IMG/VR virus record: IMGVR_UViG_3300003690_000021
Span: 1 to 43,282 of that record
Source of the DNA: a virus
DNA: 43,282 nucleotides
Reading direction: 5' to 3' (one strand)
The notes beneath the pieces are model-generated. The model did not search any database and was not told where the DNA came from. It worked only from the letters and a program-made list of their open reading frames with translations. Below are positions 22,027 to 30,904 of this stretch, piece by piece (position 1 is the first letter of the stretch; every line of letters begins with the position of its first letter). Both the position numbers and the translations under genes were made by a program.

Positions 22027-23753
22027 TGGCGGGCATAAATGACCTAGCCGTGATCCTGGAGTATGGGCTCGAATTAGGGTCCGGCTTAACGGTGATCCAT
22101 GAAGGCGAGCCAGCGCCCGAGGGGTGGCGCGAGTGGGTCGGCGAGCTATTCCCGAGCTACGTCACCTACCCGATGGGTGAGCAGCACGGCGAGCTTTGGG
22201 ATCACGTCTGGAGCATCGAGCCTGCCTCATCACCGAGGAGCTTTTGCGCGATCTGGGCGCGTGGCGGTGGCAAGACGACGACTGCCGAGATGGCGTGCAC
22301 GGCGTTGGGCGTTAGGGGTGCCAGGAAGTATTGCTGGTACGTCAGCGAGACCCAGGACAAGGCCAACAAAAACATCGAGAACATCGCGGTTCAGCTCGAA
22401 TCGGAGCATGTCCTGCGTTTCTATCCGCGGCACGCGAACAGGAAGGTCTCCAAGTATGGCATGAGCCGTGGATGGCGCAGGAACAGGCTCAGGACCGCCG
22501 GCGGCTTCACGATTGACGCGGTGGGGCTGGACACTGCAGCTCGTGGCTTGAAGGTCGAGGAGGAGCGTCCGGATCTGATTGTGCTCGATGATGTTGACGG
22601 CAAGCACGATACGCTTGCTACGACGGCCAAGAAGATCGCGACGATGACGACTTCGGTACTGCCTGCCGGTTCGTCTAACGCAGCTGTGCTCTTCGTGCAG
22701 AACCTCATCATCAAGGACGGCGTAGCCAGCAGGCTCTCGGATGGTAGGGCGGATTTCCTAGCTGATCGGATCGTGAGCGGACCGCACCCGGCTGTGCGCG
22801 GGCTCAAGTACGAGTGGATCGAGGAGCTTGGCGGAGTCAGGCGCGCCAAGATCACAGGCGGGGTCCCGAGCTGGGCTGGCCAGTCGCTCGAAGTCTGTCA
22901 GCGCATGATCGAGCGCATGGGTTTGATCGCGTTCTTGAAGGAAGCCCAGCACATGGTCAAGGAGCTGGCCGAGGGCACGGTGTTATCCAAGTACGACCCG
23001 AGCGCATGTCAGCGCGAGTGGAACAATGAGGACTTGAGACTGGGGTTCGCTGGGGGCACGTTGATCCCGTTTGCTGGCATCGACTACGGTCTCTGGCGGT
23101 TCGCGTTCCTGCTGCTCGCGATCGATGAAGAGGGGTTCGTGCATGTCATCGATGAGTACTTCAGCCAGCGCGAGACTCTCGGGGCGAGAGCGCAGCACAT
23201 TCACCGCATGCTCGGAACGTATGGGATCCAGGGACTCAAGGTCTACGGTGATCCAGCGAACCCTACCGACTCGCTGGAGCTGAACACCGCGCTGGAGCGG
23301 GGCTGGGTCGAGGACGACGAGCAGGTCATGCCGCGGTGGCGAGCGCACGCGGCTGTCAAGGACAAGGGCTCACGGCTGACGGGTCCGGACCGGATCAACG
23401 CGATGTACGAGAGCCGCACGCTGTTCGTGCGCATGGGCATCGGGGACGGCAAGCGTTGGATGCTCGGCATGAACGCCAACTCGGCGGGTGACGCACAGTC
23501 CGGTAGCCGGTTCCTTTGGGAGCAGGAGAACTGGGCGTTCCCCAACCCATTAGAGGGTCGCTCTCAGGACCAGAACCCTGATGACCATACGGCCGATGGC
23601 GCCGACATGATGGCAGCGTACCGGTACGCGATCATGAGTCACTTGAGTCCGGCTGTGGTCGAGGTACAGGAGCCCGAGAAGATCAAGAACTATGACTACG
23701 CGCTGGAGGAAATGGTGGACAAGGTAGCACGTCAACACGAGATGATGAGGTGA
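22023..23753 (+). CDS. terL: Terminase large subunit
   Basis: Walker A WARGGGKTT, Walker B DLIVLDDVD, and a C-terminal nuclease-like region with acidic residues (IDYG, GDPAN, DDHTADG). The start could be ATG 22026. Confidence 0.85.
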   Translation: MMAGINDLAVILEYGLELGSGLTVIHEGEPAPEGWREWVGELFPSYVTYPMGEQHGELWDHVWSIEPASSPRSFCAIWARGGGKTTTAEMACTALGVRGARKYCWYVSETQDKANKNIENIAVQLESEHVLRFYPRHANRKVSKYGMSRGWRRNRLRTAGGFTIDAVGLDTAARGLKVEEERPDLIVLDDVDGKHDTLATTAKKIATMTTSVLPAGSSNAAVLFVQNLIIKDGVASRLSDGRADFLADRIVSGPHPAVRGLKYEWIEELGGVRRAKITGGVPSWAGQSLEVCQRMIERMGLIAFLKEAQHMVKELAEGTVLSKYDPSACQREWNNEDLRLGFAGGTLIPFAGIDYGLWRFAFLLLAIDEEGFVHVIDEYFSQRETLGARAQHIHRMLGTYGIQGLKVYGDPANPTDSLELNTALERGWVEDDEQVMPRWRAHAAVKDKGSRLTGPDRINAMYESRTLFVRMGIGDGKRWMLGMNANSAGDAQSGSRFLWEQENWAFPNPLEGRSQDQNPDDHTADGADMMAAYRYAIMSHLSPAVVEVQEPEKIKNYDYALEEMVDKVARQHEMMR

Positions 23754-23772
23754 TGGTAGACGAGGTGACATC

Positions 23773-24432
23773 TTGAGTCTCAACTACGGTCGCACGGAAT
23801 GGGAGGCGCTGGCGATTCGTTGGTCAACTGGTCGTGTGAGCGAGGAGGACCAGGCCGATCTAACGAAGCGCATGTCACGTGCCGAGTCGCGGCAGTTCAA
23901 GAAGAAGCTTGAGGCTGTCGAGCAGAAGAAGCTCCACCACGGCGATGCGTTCGTCACTGGCCGACAGCTCGCTCAGTACTTCGGCAAGTACACCGAGCAT
24001 ACTCTGATGCCGCTGGCAGCGAACATGGACGATCTGCGCGGCGAGGTGGTGTCGCTTCGCAAGGTCACCGACTATCTGATGATGCCGTTTTACGAGAGGT
24101 GGTGGGTCAGGCTTAGGATCAGCCTGACCGTGTTCAATCACTGGCTGAACCGCCACGGTATACGATTTGTTCAGCTGAACCAATCGGAGGCGCACGATGG
24201 CGACCCTGGAGTACTTCCTGACGTTGGAGCACTCGGAAGCGAACACAATGGCGCTCGAAGCGACACTGGGGCAGATGGAAAGGGATCTTCCGAACATGGG
24301 TTACAGGGTGATGTCACGGAGCCTAGAGCAGGTATCCTCGTCGGGCAGGAACCGGCTACCGGATTGGTGGACGTGGAGGTACGGGAAAAAATCGAAGCCG
24401 ATGCCGGAAGAATCATACGAGCCATCCGCTGA
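23773..24432 (+). CDS. Hypothetical protein; 3' boundary doubtful
   Basis: TTG start with GAGGTGA upstream. Third-position G/C bias looks coding only up to about 24160-24195. The remaining 236 nt overlap the next gene out of frame. Confidence 0.4.
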   Translation: MSLNYGRTEWEALAIRWSTGRVSEEDQADLTKRMSRAESRQFKKKLEAVEQKKLHHGDAFVTGRQLAQYFGKYTEHTLMPLAANMDDLRGEVVSLRKVTDYLMMPFYERWWVRLRISLTVFNHWLNRHGIRFVQLNQSEAHDGDPGVLPDVGALGSEHNGARSDTGADGKGSSEHGLQGDVTEPRAGILVGQEPATGLVDVEVREKIEADAGRIIRAIR

Positions 24433-24613
24433 GTCCGAGCCTGAGCAGGCTGCGGTCCTCACGACCAAGTTCGCGTCCGTTTCCGCGGCCAAGCACGCCG
24501 ACTGTCTCAACTTGATCATTGACGACTTTGAAAACTGGATGCCCAGTGGCAAGAAGGGCTTCACGAAGGCAGACGTCGACTTTATCGCCGACGAGAAAGC
24601 GAAGGCGAGCTGA
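24197..24613 (+). CDS. Hypothetical protein
   Basis: GGAGG lies 6 nt upstream of ATG 24197. There is a strong third-position G/C bias in this frame. Confidence 0.55.
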   Translation: MATLEYFLTLEHSEANTMALEATLGQMERDLPNMGYRVMSRSLEQVSSSGRNRLPDWWTWRYGKKSKPMPEESYEPSAESEPEQAAVLTTKFASVSAAKHADCLNLIIDDFENWMPSGKKGFTKADVDFIADEKAKAS

Positions 24614-24747
24614 TGCCCTACCGTGTCCTTGGTTTGACGGTCCAGGTCAAGAAGGGTGGGGTCTGGCGGAAGCTCAAGACGCACACGAGCGTCGAGAAGG
24701 CCAAGGAGCACCTGGTAGCGCTCAAGGTCAACGTGGAGGAGAAATGA
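24613..24747 (+). CDS. Small (44 aa) basic protein, below the ORF-track cut-off
   Basis: Hand translation gives MPYRVLGLTVQVKKGGVWRKLKTHTSVEKAKEHLVALKVNVEEK. The TGATG overlap with the upstream stop and the next gene starting 2 nt after its stop indicate coupling. Confidence 0.45.
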   Translation: MPYRVLGLTVQVKKGGVWRKLKTHTSVEKAKEHLVALKVNVEEK

Positions 24748-24748
24748 G

Positions 24749-25096
24749 GTGAGATGGCCGTGGGTCAGTCGTGAGGCATACGAGCTTGTGCTTGCACAGA
24801 ACACGAAGATGCTGGACGAGCTACTCCGAATCCGGAGGAGAGAGGCTGGTATGCCGGAACAGCCTCGCTCAGCACCCCGGCCAGCGGCTCAGGGGCAGGT
24901 AATGATTCCGGACGAGATCGAGGAGATAATCTGTCAGTTTAGCTCCGAGGGTGTCCGGGTCGTGCTCAGGGAACAGTACCGGCTCCGGGTCGCAAACGGG
25001 TCAACGTCTACACAGCTTCAATCGGAGCTAGTGCGTCAGCTCGATGAACCATCGGAGAGGGGGTTGGGAGAGCCAAATGAACACACCGGAAGATAG
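24749..25096 (+). CDS. Hypothetical protein
   Basis: GTG start, 115 aa, in the operon between terminase and portal. Confidence 0.5.
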   Translation: MRWPWVSREAYELVLAQNTKMLDELLRIRRREAGMPEQPRSAPRPAAQGQVMIPDEIEEIICQFSSEGVRVVLREQYRLRVANGSTSTQLQSELVRQLDEPSERGLGEPNEHTGR

Positions 25097-25319
25097 GGCC
25101 GTGGTACAGGCCGCGATGAACGAGCTTGCCACCAGGGCAAACGAAGTTGCGAGTAGGATGCAAGCCCATGGTCTCCCGGCCGACGTCACGATCGTCAGAG
25201 GCACTAGCCCCGGCGGCAACTTCAGCACGAAGATCGAGTTCAAGGTCGGCGTCCACGCGCAGCTTGCGCTCTACGAGGTGCTATGCGACATCCTCGACTC
25301 GCGGGAATGCGGCTCCTGA
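25077..25319 (+). CDS. Hypothetical protein
   Basis: Start taken at MNTPEDRA, with GGGAGAG upstream. 80 aa. Confidence 0.5.
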   Translation: MNTPEDRAVVQAAMNELATRANEVASRMQAHGLPADVTIVRGTSPGGNFSTKIEFKVGVHAQLALYEVLCDILDSRECGS

Positions 25320-25810
25320 TGTCCATCGCTCTTTCTCCTCGTCAACGCGAGATTGTGACCCTGGTGGGGCGTGACGGGTTGGCTTATGCGGCGGTAGCAG
25401 AGGTGCTCGGAATCAGCCTACACACAGTCAGGACCCATGTGGCGAGATTTGTAGACTGCGTAGATGCGGGGAACATAAAGCCCCGAGATGCATTGTGTAC
25501 CTTCTACTGGCAGCATATTCACAAGCCGGGGCCGAGAGAAGACTTGCAACCAGAACCCCCACCTGGCTTTGTGTATGTGATGGCTACCACGGAACCACCT
25601 GAGCGCCTCAAGATTGGCTACTCTATCAATGTGGAACGCCGGTTGCATGACCTCTCCATGTCTTCTCCGGTTGAGTTGTGTTTGCTGGCGTCGTGGCCCG
25701 GATGTATGGATGATGAAGCTAGGATTCACAATGCCGCGAGGGACTATCGCCTTCACGGGGAGTGGTTCACGATGGAAGCTTTTGATGTGGTTCAGGTTGT
25801 CATGTCTTGA
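25283..25810 (+). CDS. LuxR/GerE-type HTH fused to a T5orf172 / MUG113 (GIY-YIG-related) domain
   Basis: LSPRQREIVTLVGRDGLAYAAVAEVLGISLHTVRTHVARF is a GerE-like HTH. GFVYVMATTEPPERLKIGYSINVERRLHDL...HGEWF fits the T5orf172 pattern. The true start is probably ATG 25307 or 25319. Confidence 0.6.
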   Translation: MRHPRLAGMRLLMSIALSPRQREIVTLVGRDGLAYAAVAEVLGISLHTVRTHVARFVDCVDAGNIKPRDALCTFYWQHIHKPGPREDLQPEPPPGFVYVMATTEPPERLKIGYSINVERRLHDLSMSSPVELCLLASWPGCMDDEARIHNAARDYRLHGEWFTMEAFDVVQVVMS

Positions 25811-25866
25811 TATGACAGCGTTTTAGCTGACTTACATTCTGCAGTACTGATGAGCATCATGTTAAC

Positions 25867-28155
25867 GTGCCAAATGTTATCCCGCTCATGCAGGACGGGC
25901 TGGCTGGCGCGCCGTCAATGGCGGGCGACCAGCAAGACCAGCTAGGCCAAGCCGAGAAGAAAAAGCTCGCGATCGATTCGCGGGATTTTCATTGGCGTGG
26001 CCTAAGAGCTCGCCGACTCCGGGATTTGACGTCAGAGAAGTATTTGCTGCACGTCGACGGCGAGGGTCTCTCGCAGTGGCTCGACATCTTCCGTGGCACA
26101 AGGCTCCGCGCGGCCCCTGACCTGATGGGCGTCCCGCGGGCGCAGAATAACCAGATGCGCCCGATCCTCGACAACTTCGTAGCGCACCTCACGACTCAGA
26201 ACTATCAATTCGTCGTCGAGGCCAAGCCAGACCGTAGGAGCCGCGAGAGCGCTGTCGTCGACCAGGCGATCGTCAACGCGGACGTCCGCAGGCAGAACTG
26301 GAATTCGCTCTGGGCCGAGGCGAAGTACATGGCTGCGTGTGCCGGTTTCTGTCCCGTGCATGCGATGTGGCGGGACGAGCAAGGGGATCCCTACGAGGCC
26401 GTGCTTGCTGAGCAGCCGACAGATGAGGGTGCGATCCCGATGCAGGGCCCTATGCCCGGCTCGATCGACAGCTTCGTCGGTAACCCATTCGATACTGTTT
26501 TCAACTCGGGCTCGCGTCGGAACAGTATCCACCGTGCGAGTTACGGTCGGGTGCTACCCGCTGAATTGGTGCGCCAGGCTTTCGGTAGGGACGACATTGA
26601 GGGTAACGACCGCCTGCCCAGTGCCTCGACCTACCAGCGGGTCGTCCAGCGCTGGATCATGGCTGGCGGCTTTACGCACGGCACGGGCGCGCTGAGTCTC
26701 GGCTGGGGCCACGAGGAGATGATTGGCCTGATCTATGACGAGACGCTGCCGGGTGTGGACGCCGAGTGGCCTCAGGGTCGGCTCACGATCAGTGCGCTCA
26801 ATGGTCTCGCCGCCACCCAGCGGCTTGAGGCCGGGGGCGGACTTGGTGAGCCGACGTTCTTGTGGATCGGGCCGTTACCTGCTGGTGTGTTCAGCTTCGT
26901 GAACGTCTATAGCCACCAAAGGTTCGACGACGTGCACGGCAAGCCCTACATGAGCGATATCGATGACGATCAGATCGAGCTGAACCAGCTGGAGAGCCTG
27001 TACAACGAGTTTGTCCGGCGCGCCACTCGTGCGCCCCTGGCCAGCTCGGGCAAGGTCAACGTTGAGACCGCCGGGCCGCTCGGTGACACGCTCCTGGAAG
27101 TCGAGCCGCTGTTGCATGGTGGTAACATCGAGATGCAATTCTTAGAGCAGCCCTACCGTCACATGCCGTTCCTGCAATCGAAGATCGAGCGCGTGATGGA
27201 GGGCATGTACCGGAAGGCTGGATGGCAGGCAGCGAGCCGTGGCGAGATGCGTGGTTCTGGCAAGGCGATCATCGCACTCCAGCAGGCCGACGACTCGATT
27301 TTCGGTCCGATCACGCAGCGCACGCGGGAAGAGCTGGAAGCCTACGCCGATCTCTGTTGGCGCGTCCGCAAGGAATTCATGGACGTACCGATGATCTTGG
27401 ACGTGGTAGGTGACGAACTAGCCCATCTCGCTGAGCCCTACGTCGATCGCACGATGATGAGCGAGAACCCGCCTGTCTTCACGCTGGTATCTGGCTTCGG
27501 CACGAGTACCGAGGCTAAGGCCCAGCAGCTGCTCAACATGTTCGGGATGGTTGACGCGAAGGGCGAACAGCTGATCGGTACCAGGGAGATCAGGAAGCTC
27601 TGGCCCGATAACAGCCTGTTCCCGGTGATGGACGACCCACAGGAAGTTCGTGAGCGTCGCCCGCGCATCGTGAATGAGTTGATCAGACAGCAAGCTGAGC
27701 GTTTCGTGCAGGAACAACAGATGCAATTCCCTGAATGGCAGCCCGCGATGCAGGACCCGATGACGGCGCAGGCTGGTGAATACATCTCGTTCGTGATCGA
27801 CTCAATGGAGCCAGCGCTGCAAGATGACGACCTGGAAGCGAACATCGAGGTCTTGAGTCTGATCACACAGGACCCGACCGAGAGCCCGCTTGTACGCCGT
27901 ACCGCGATGGTCCGCCAGGGTCAGTACTGGGAATGGCTCGCTGCCCGCCAGGCGGCGGTACAGCAACGCGAAATGGCGATGGCGGGGAGCGGGCGTGGAG
28001 GTGGTAGCCCCGGCAGGTCACCCGGCAGGCCACCTGGCAGGAGCGGTGGTGGTACTAGCGCTGCCGAGGCGTTCAATCCTGGCAAGGAAGGCGGCACGTC
28101 GACAGCTGAATCGATGGTACGTGCAGACAAGAAATTCGAGAGGGAGATCGCATGA
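25867..28155 (+). CDS. Portal protein (by size and position)
   Basis: 762 aa. It is the first large gene after the terminase module and lies immediately upstream of the scaffold and capsid genes. Gly/Arg/Pro-rich C-terminal tail. Confidence 0.6.
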   Translation: MPNVIPLMQDGLAGAPSMAGDQQDQLGQAEKKKLAIDSRDFHWRGLRARRLRDLTSEKYLLHVDGEGLSQWLDIFRGTRLRAAPDLMGVPRAQNNQMRPILDNFVAHLTTQNYQFVVEAKPDRRSRESAVVDQAIVNADVRRQNWNSLWAEAKYMAACAGFCPVHAMWRDEQGDPYEAVLAEQPTDEGAIPMQGPMPGSIDSFVGNPFDTVFNSGSRRNSIHRASYGRVLPAELVRQAFGRDDIEGNDRLPSASTYQRVVQRWIMAGGFTHGTGALSLGWGHEEMIGLIYDETLPGVDAEWPQGRLTISALNGLAATQRLEAGGGLGEPTFLWIGPLPAGVFSFVNVYSHQRFDDVHGKPYMSDIDDDQIELNQLESLYNEFVRRATRAPLASSGKVNVETAGPLGDTLLEVEPLLHGGNIEMQFLEQPYRHMPFLQSKIERVMEGMYRKAGWQAASRGEMRGSGKAIIALQQADDSIFGPITQRTREELEAYADLCWRVRKEFMDVPMILDVVGDELAHLAEPYVDRTMMSENPPVFTLVSGFGTSTEAKAQQLLNMFGMVDAKGEQLIGTREIRKLWPDNSLFPVMDDPQEVRERRPRIVNELIRQQAERFVQEQQMQFPEWQPAMQDPMTAQAGEYISFVIDSMEPALQDDDLEANIEVLSLITQDPTESPLVRRTAMVRQGQYWEWLAARQAAVQQREMAMAGSGRGGGSPGRSPGRPPGRSGGGTSAAEAFNPGKEGGTSTAESMVRADKKFEREIA

Positions 28156-29432
28156 GCGACGAGATCACGGTAGCGGCCCCCGAGGCACCTACCGTTGAGC
28201 CTGTAGTAGAGGCTCCAGAAGCACCAGAGGTTACTACCCCGGCGGCTTTAGAAGAGCACCTGGGGGATGATGGTGCCAGTGTACGGACCAAGGCGCGGCG
28301 TAGGGCTCAGCAGCGTGCGACGGCGGCGGAGACATCTCGCCAGCGTGCGATGGAGCAGCCACGCGAGCCAGCGGGGCAACCCGAGGGCGGTCAGTTTGCT
28401 GGTGAGGAAGGGGCGAGTGTTCCTGAGACAGAACCCGCACCCCAGGCCGCGGCGGGAGAGAAACCCGCACCGGCTGAACCTGAGGCAACCGCGGCGGGAG
28501 AGAAACCCGCACCGGAGGCCGTCTCCGACAAAGTGGGCGTGGCGGTCGAACCGACACCTACGCCTGGCGTTGTCAAAATTCCACTGAGTGACAATCACCC
28601 GTTGCGCAGTAGGGGCTTCACCGAATGGGAAACGGCGCCTGAACTCGAAACCGAGACCCGAGGCATGTTGTCTGCGGTGGAGCGCCAGGCCGATTCCCAA
28701 GCCAGGGCAAACGAGATCGCTGAAAGGAATATGGTCTTGGAAGCCAGGCTCAGGGCCCAGCAGGGTGAGATGCCGTACAGACCTACACCCGAGTGGGATC
28801 ATATCATCGATGATCTTACCAAGACGTATTCTCCAGAGGTGGGTGCAGCCGTGCGGCAGGGTCTCGAAGATTCAAATACTCAGCACCTGGCGCAGACAGA
28901 TCAGCAAGCTGCGACGATGGTGGCTGAGGGCAGGATCGCGCAGATGTTCGTCGGGAACGTCAAGTCCGAGGCCGCCTCGCGGCTACCGGTCTGGGCCAAA
29001 CATGGCGAGCTGGTTCCGAACGTTAGCAAGCTGATCGATCAGTACAGCCAGCATGTCGACGCCAGGAACGTCACTCTTAGCCAGGAAGGTCAGTCGATGG
29101 TGGCGCCTAACTCGCAAGAGTTTTTCCAGTGGCTTGCGCCTCTTTACGCGAACGATCCGCGCGTGCAGCAATCATTCAAGGACGAGCAGAACCGCGTCCG
29201 CGAGGAGGACGCGCAGAGGATTAGGGCTGAAGAGCGAAGTAAGCTAGCTCAGTCCGAGAAGGAGAGGTTGACTGCGGCCGCAGTGCGGCATGGTCAGCGT
29301 CCTCCCTCTACCTCTTCGCATTCATCGTCCGGTAACACTGCTGCGCCTAATGATTCCCAGGCAGTGGTAACCGGACCCAACCGGAGAACTGCTATCCGCA
29401 GGAGTATTGCTCAGCGGTATAGTAGCCGATAG
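28152..29432 (+). CDS. Scaffolding protein candidate
   Basis: It lies between the portal and capsid genes with an ATGA overlap to the portal gene. Ala/Glu/Pro-rich N-terminal half with an AAGEKPAPxxPEA repeat, and a helical charged C-terminal half. Confidence 0.5.
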   Translation: MSDEITVAAPEAPTVEPVVEAPEAPEVTTPAALEEHLGDDGASVRTKARRRAQQRATAAETSRQRAMEQPREPAGQPEGGQFAGEEGASVPETEPAPQAAAGEKPAPAEPEATAAGEKPAPEAVSDKVGVAVEPTPTPGVVKIPLSDNHPLRSRGFTEWETAPELETETRGMLSAVERQADSQARANEIAERNMVLEARLRAQQGEMPYRPTPEWDHIIDDLTKTYSPEVGAAVRQGLEDSNTQHLAQTDQQAATMVAEGRIAQMFVGNVKSEAASRLPVWAKHGELVPNVSKLIDQYSQHVDARNVTLSQEGQSMVAPNSQEFFQWLAPLYANDPRVQQSFKDEQNRVREEDAQRIRAEERSKLAQSEKERLTAAAVRHGQRPPSTSSHSSSGNTAAPNDSQAVVTGPNRRTAIRRSIAQRYSSR

Positions 29433-29444
29433 GAGTAGACGAAA

Positions 29445-30758
29445 ATGGCTTTGGGCTCACAACAGAGTAACGTCGACGCCCTAACCGGCATCACGGGCCT
29501 CGTGCACGAGATATTCGTGGGCGATGTATTGCCTGGTGTGCGGTGGGAAAGTCCGACGGCTCAGATGTATATGAACGCGCAGGAGGGTGATTACCGTTAC
29601 GACGGCGAATCGCTCAACGGCGCGACGGATTTACAGCGTCCGATTGGTGCTTTAGGGACGGACGGCATGCTACCGGACAGTGCACACACTGATGCCGCGA
29701 ACTGGCAGACCACGCCAGCTCGTCGGTATGTCAGGCGCGCAGTTGACAACTTCGTAGAGGCGGCAGCTACCCGCGGTCCGGGCAGCTTCGCCGATCTCAG
29801 CACCCGGCTCTTCGATCAGATGTGGGGCGCATTCCGGCTCATGGAGATCCGTCATGCCATTGGTGGCAACGATGGGATCCTGTGTCTCGTGTCATCTAAG
29901 ACGAGCACAACCGTGTGGGTTGCGAAGGACGGGTATAACCATAGCGGCACCAACCCGCTTATGCTGATGGACGAGGGCATGGTGCTCACGCATCACTCTA
30001 CGGACGGTGGCTCAGCTGAAGGGGCCGGCGCGGTCAGCTCAATCGCGTACTCGACCGATACGGTGACGATGGCTGCGGATTGGGAGCAGTCGGCGGCGGT
30101 CGCCTCTGGTGATATCGTTTGTGCGGCGACGACTACAGTCACAACGACCGACTACTTCAAGAGTGAGAATAACCTCGCGAAAAATGGTCAGGCCGACATC
30201 ATCGATCCGGATGCTAACCTGACCACGGTATTCAACATCGCCGAGGGCACGTTCGCCCGGTGGAAGCCGTTCAGGGTGGCGAGTGCGACATATGATCACA
30301 TTGAGGTGGCTGAGTACATGCAGAGGTTGGCTGCGAAGTCGACCTATCCGGTGACACCGGACTCGCATACGGCCGTGATGGCTGGTGGTTCGTTTGCGGA
30401 GCTGGCGCGCACGCTGGTCGGTTTCCAGCAGCAGCAGCAACTCGGTAAGACCTTCGAGGGTGGCTACCAGGCGGTTCGGATTGCCGGGCATGACATCGTC
30501 GTAGACGACTACCAGCTGCACGACGTGATGAGCGTCTATGCCACCGAGGATCTCTACACGGTCAGTCTCGTCGAGGCGGGATATTTCGATGAGGACGGCT
30601 CGATGTACTCGCGCATCAGCGATTTCGATGGCAAGGAGTGGTATGTGCGCGATTACGCGAACAGTTTTACACCTGTACGGAACAGGTGTGGTGCCCTTAC
30701 GGGCATTTCGCACCCGAACGTTACGGTGGACAATTTCGTACCGACTCCTGACTACTAG
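29445..30758 (+). CDS. Major capsid protein candidate
   Basis: 437 aa, following the scaffold gene. Good SD, and a strong hairpin lies directly downstream. Confidence 0.6.
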   Translation: MALGSQQSNVDALTGITGLVHEIFVGDVLPGVRWESPTAQMYMNAQEGDYRYDGESLNGATDLQRPIGALGTDGMLPDSAHTDAANWQTTPARRYVRRAVDNFVEAAATRGPGSFADLSTRLFDQMWGAFRLMEIRHAIGGNDGILCLVSSKTSTTVWVAKDGYNHSGTNPLMLMDEGMVLTHHSTDGGSAEGAGAVSSIAYSTDTVTMAADWEQSAAVASGDIVCAATTTVTTTDYFKSENNLAKNGQADIIDPDANLTTVFNIAEGTFARWKPFRVASATYDHIEVAEYMQRLAAKSTYPVTPDSHTAVMAGGSFAELARTLVGFQQQQQLGKTFEGGYQAVRIAGHDIVVDDYQLHDVMSVYATEDLYTVSLVEAGYFDEDGSMYSRISDFDGKEWYVRDYANSFTPVRNRCGALTGISHPNVTVDNFVPTPDY

Positions 30759-30781
30759 TAGGTCGGGATAGGGTCGCGCTA

Positions 30782-30818
30782 CCCCTACGGCAGGGCCGGT
30801 GGAAGCCTGCCGTAGGGG
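30782..30818 (+). terminator. 13-bp-stem hairpin directly after the capsid gene
   Basis: cccctacggcagg-gccggtggaag-cctgccgtagggg. No T-tract follows. Confidence 0.5.
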
Positions 30819-30904
30819 AGGTGCGAACAACTGAAACAGTAGGTAAAAAGGGGTTGGCGGGCAGATTGCCCGTCCTCTAACGCCTCACGGGGAGGGACCT
30901 ATTC

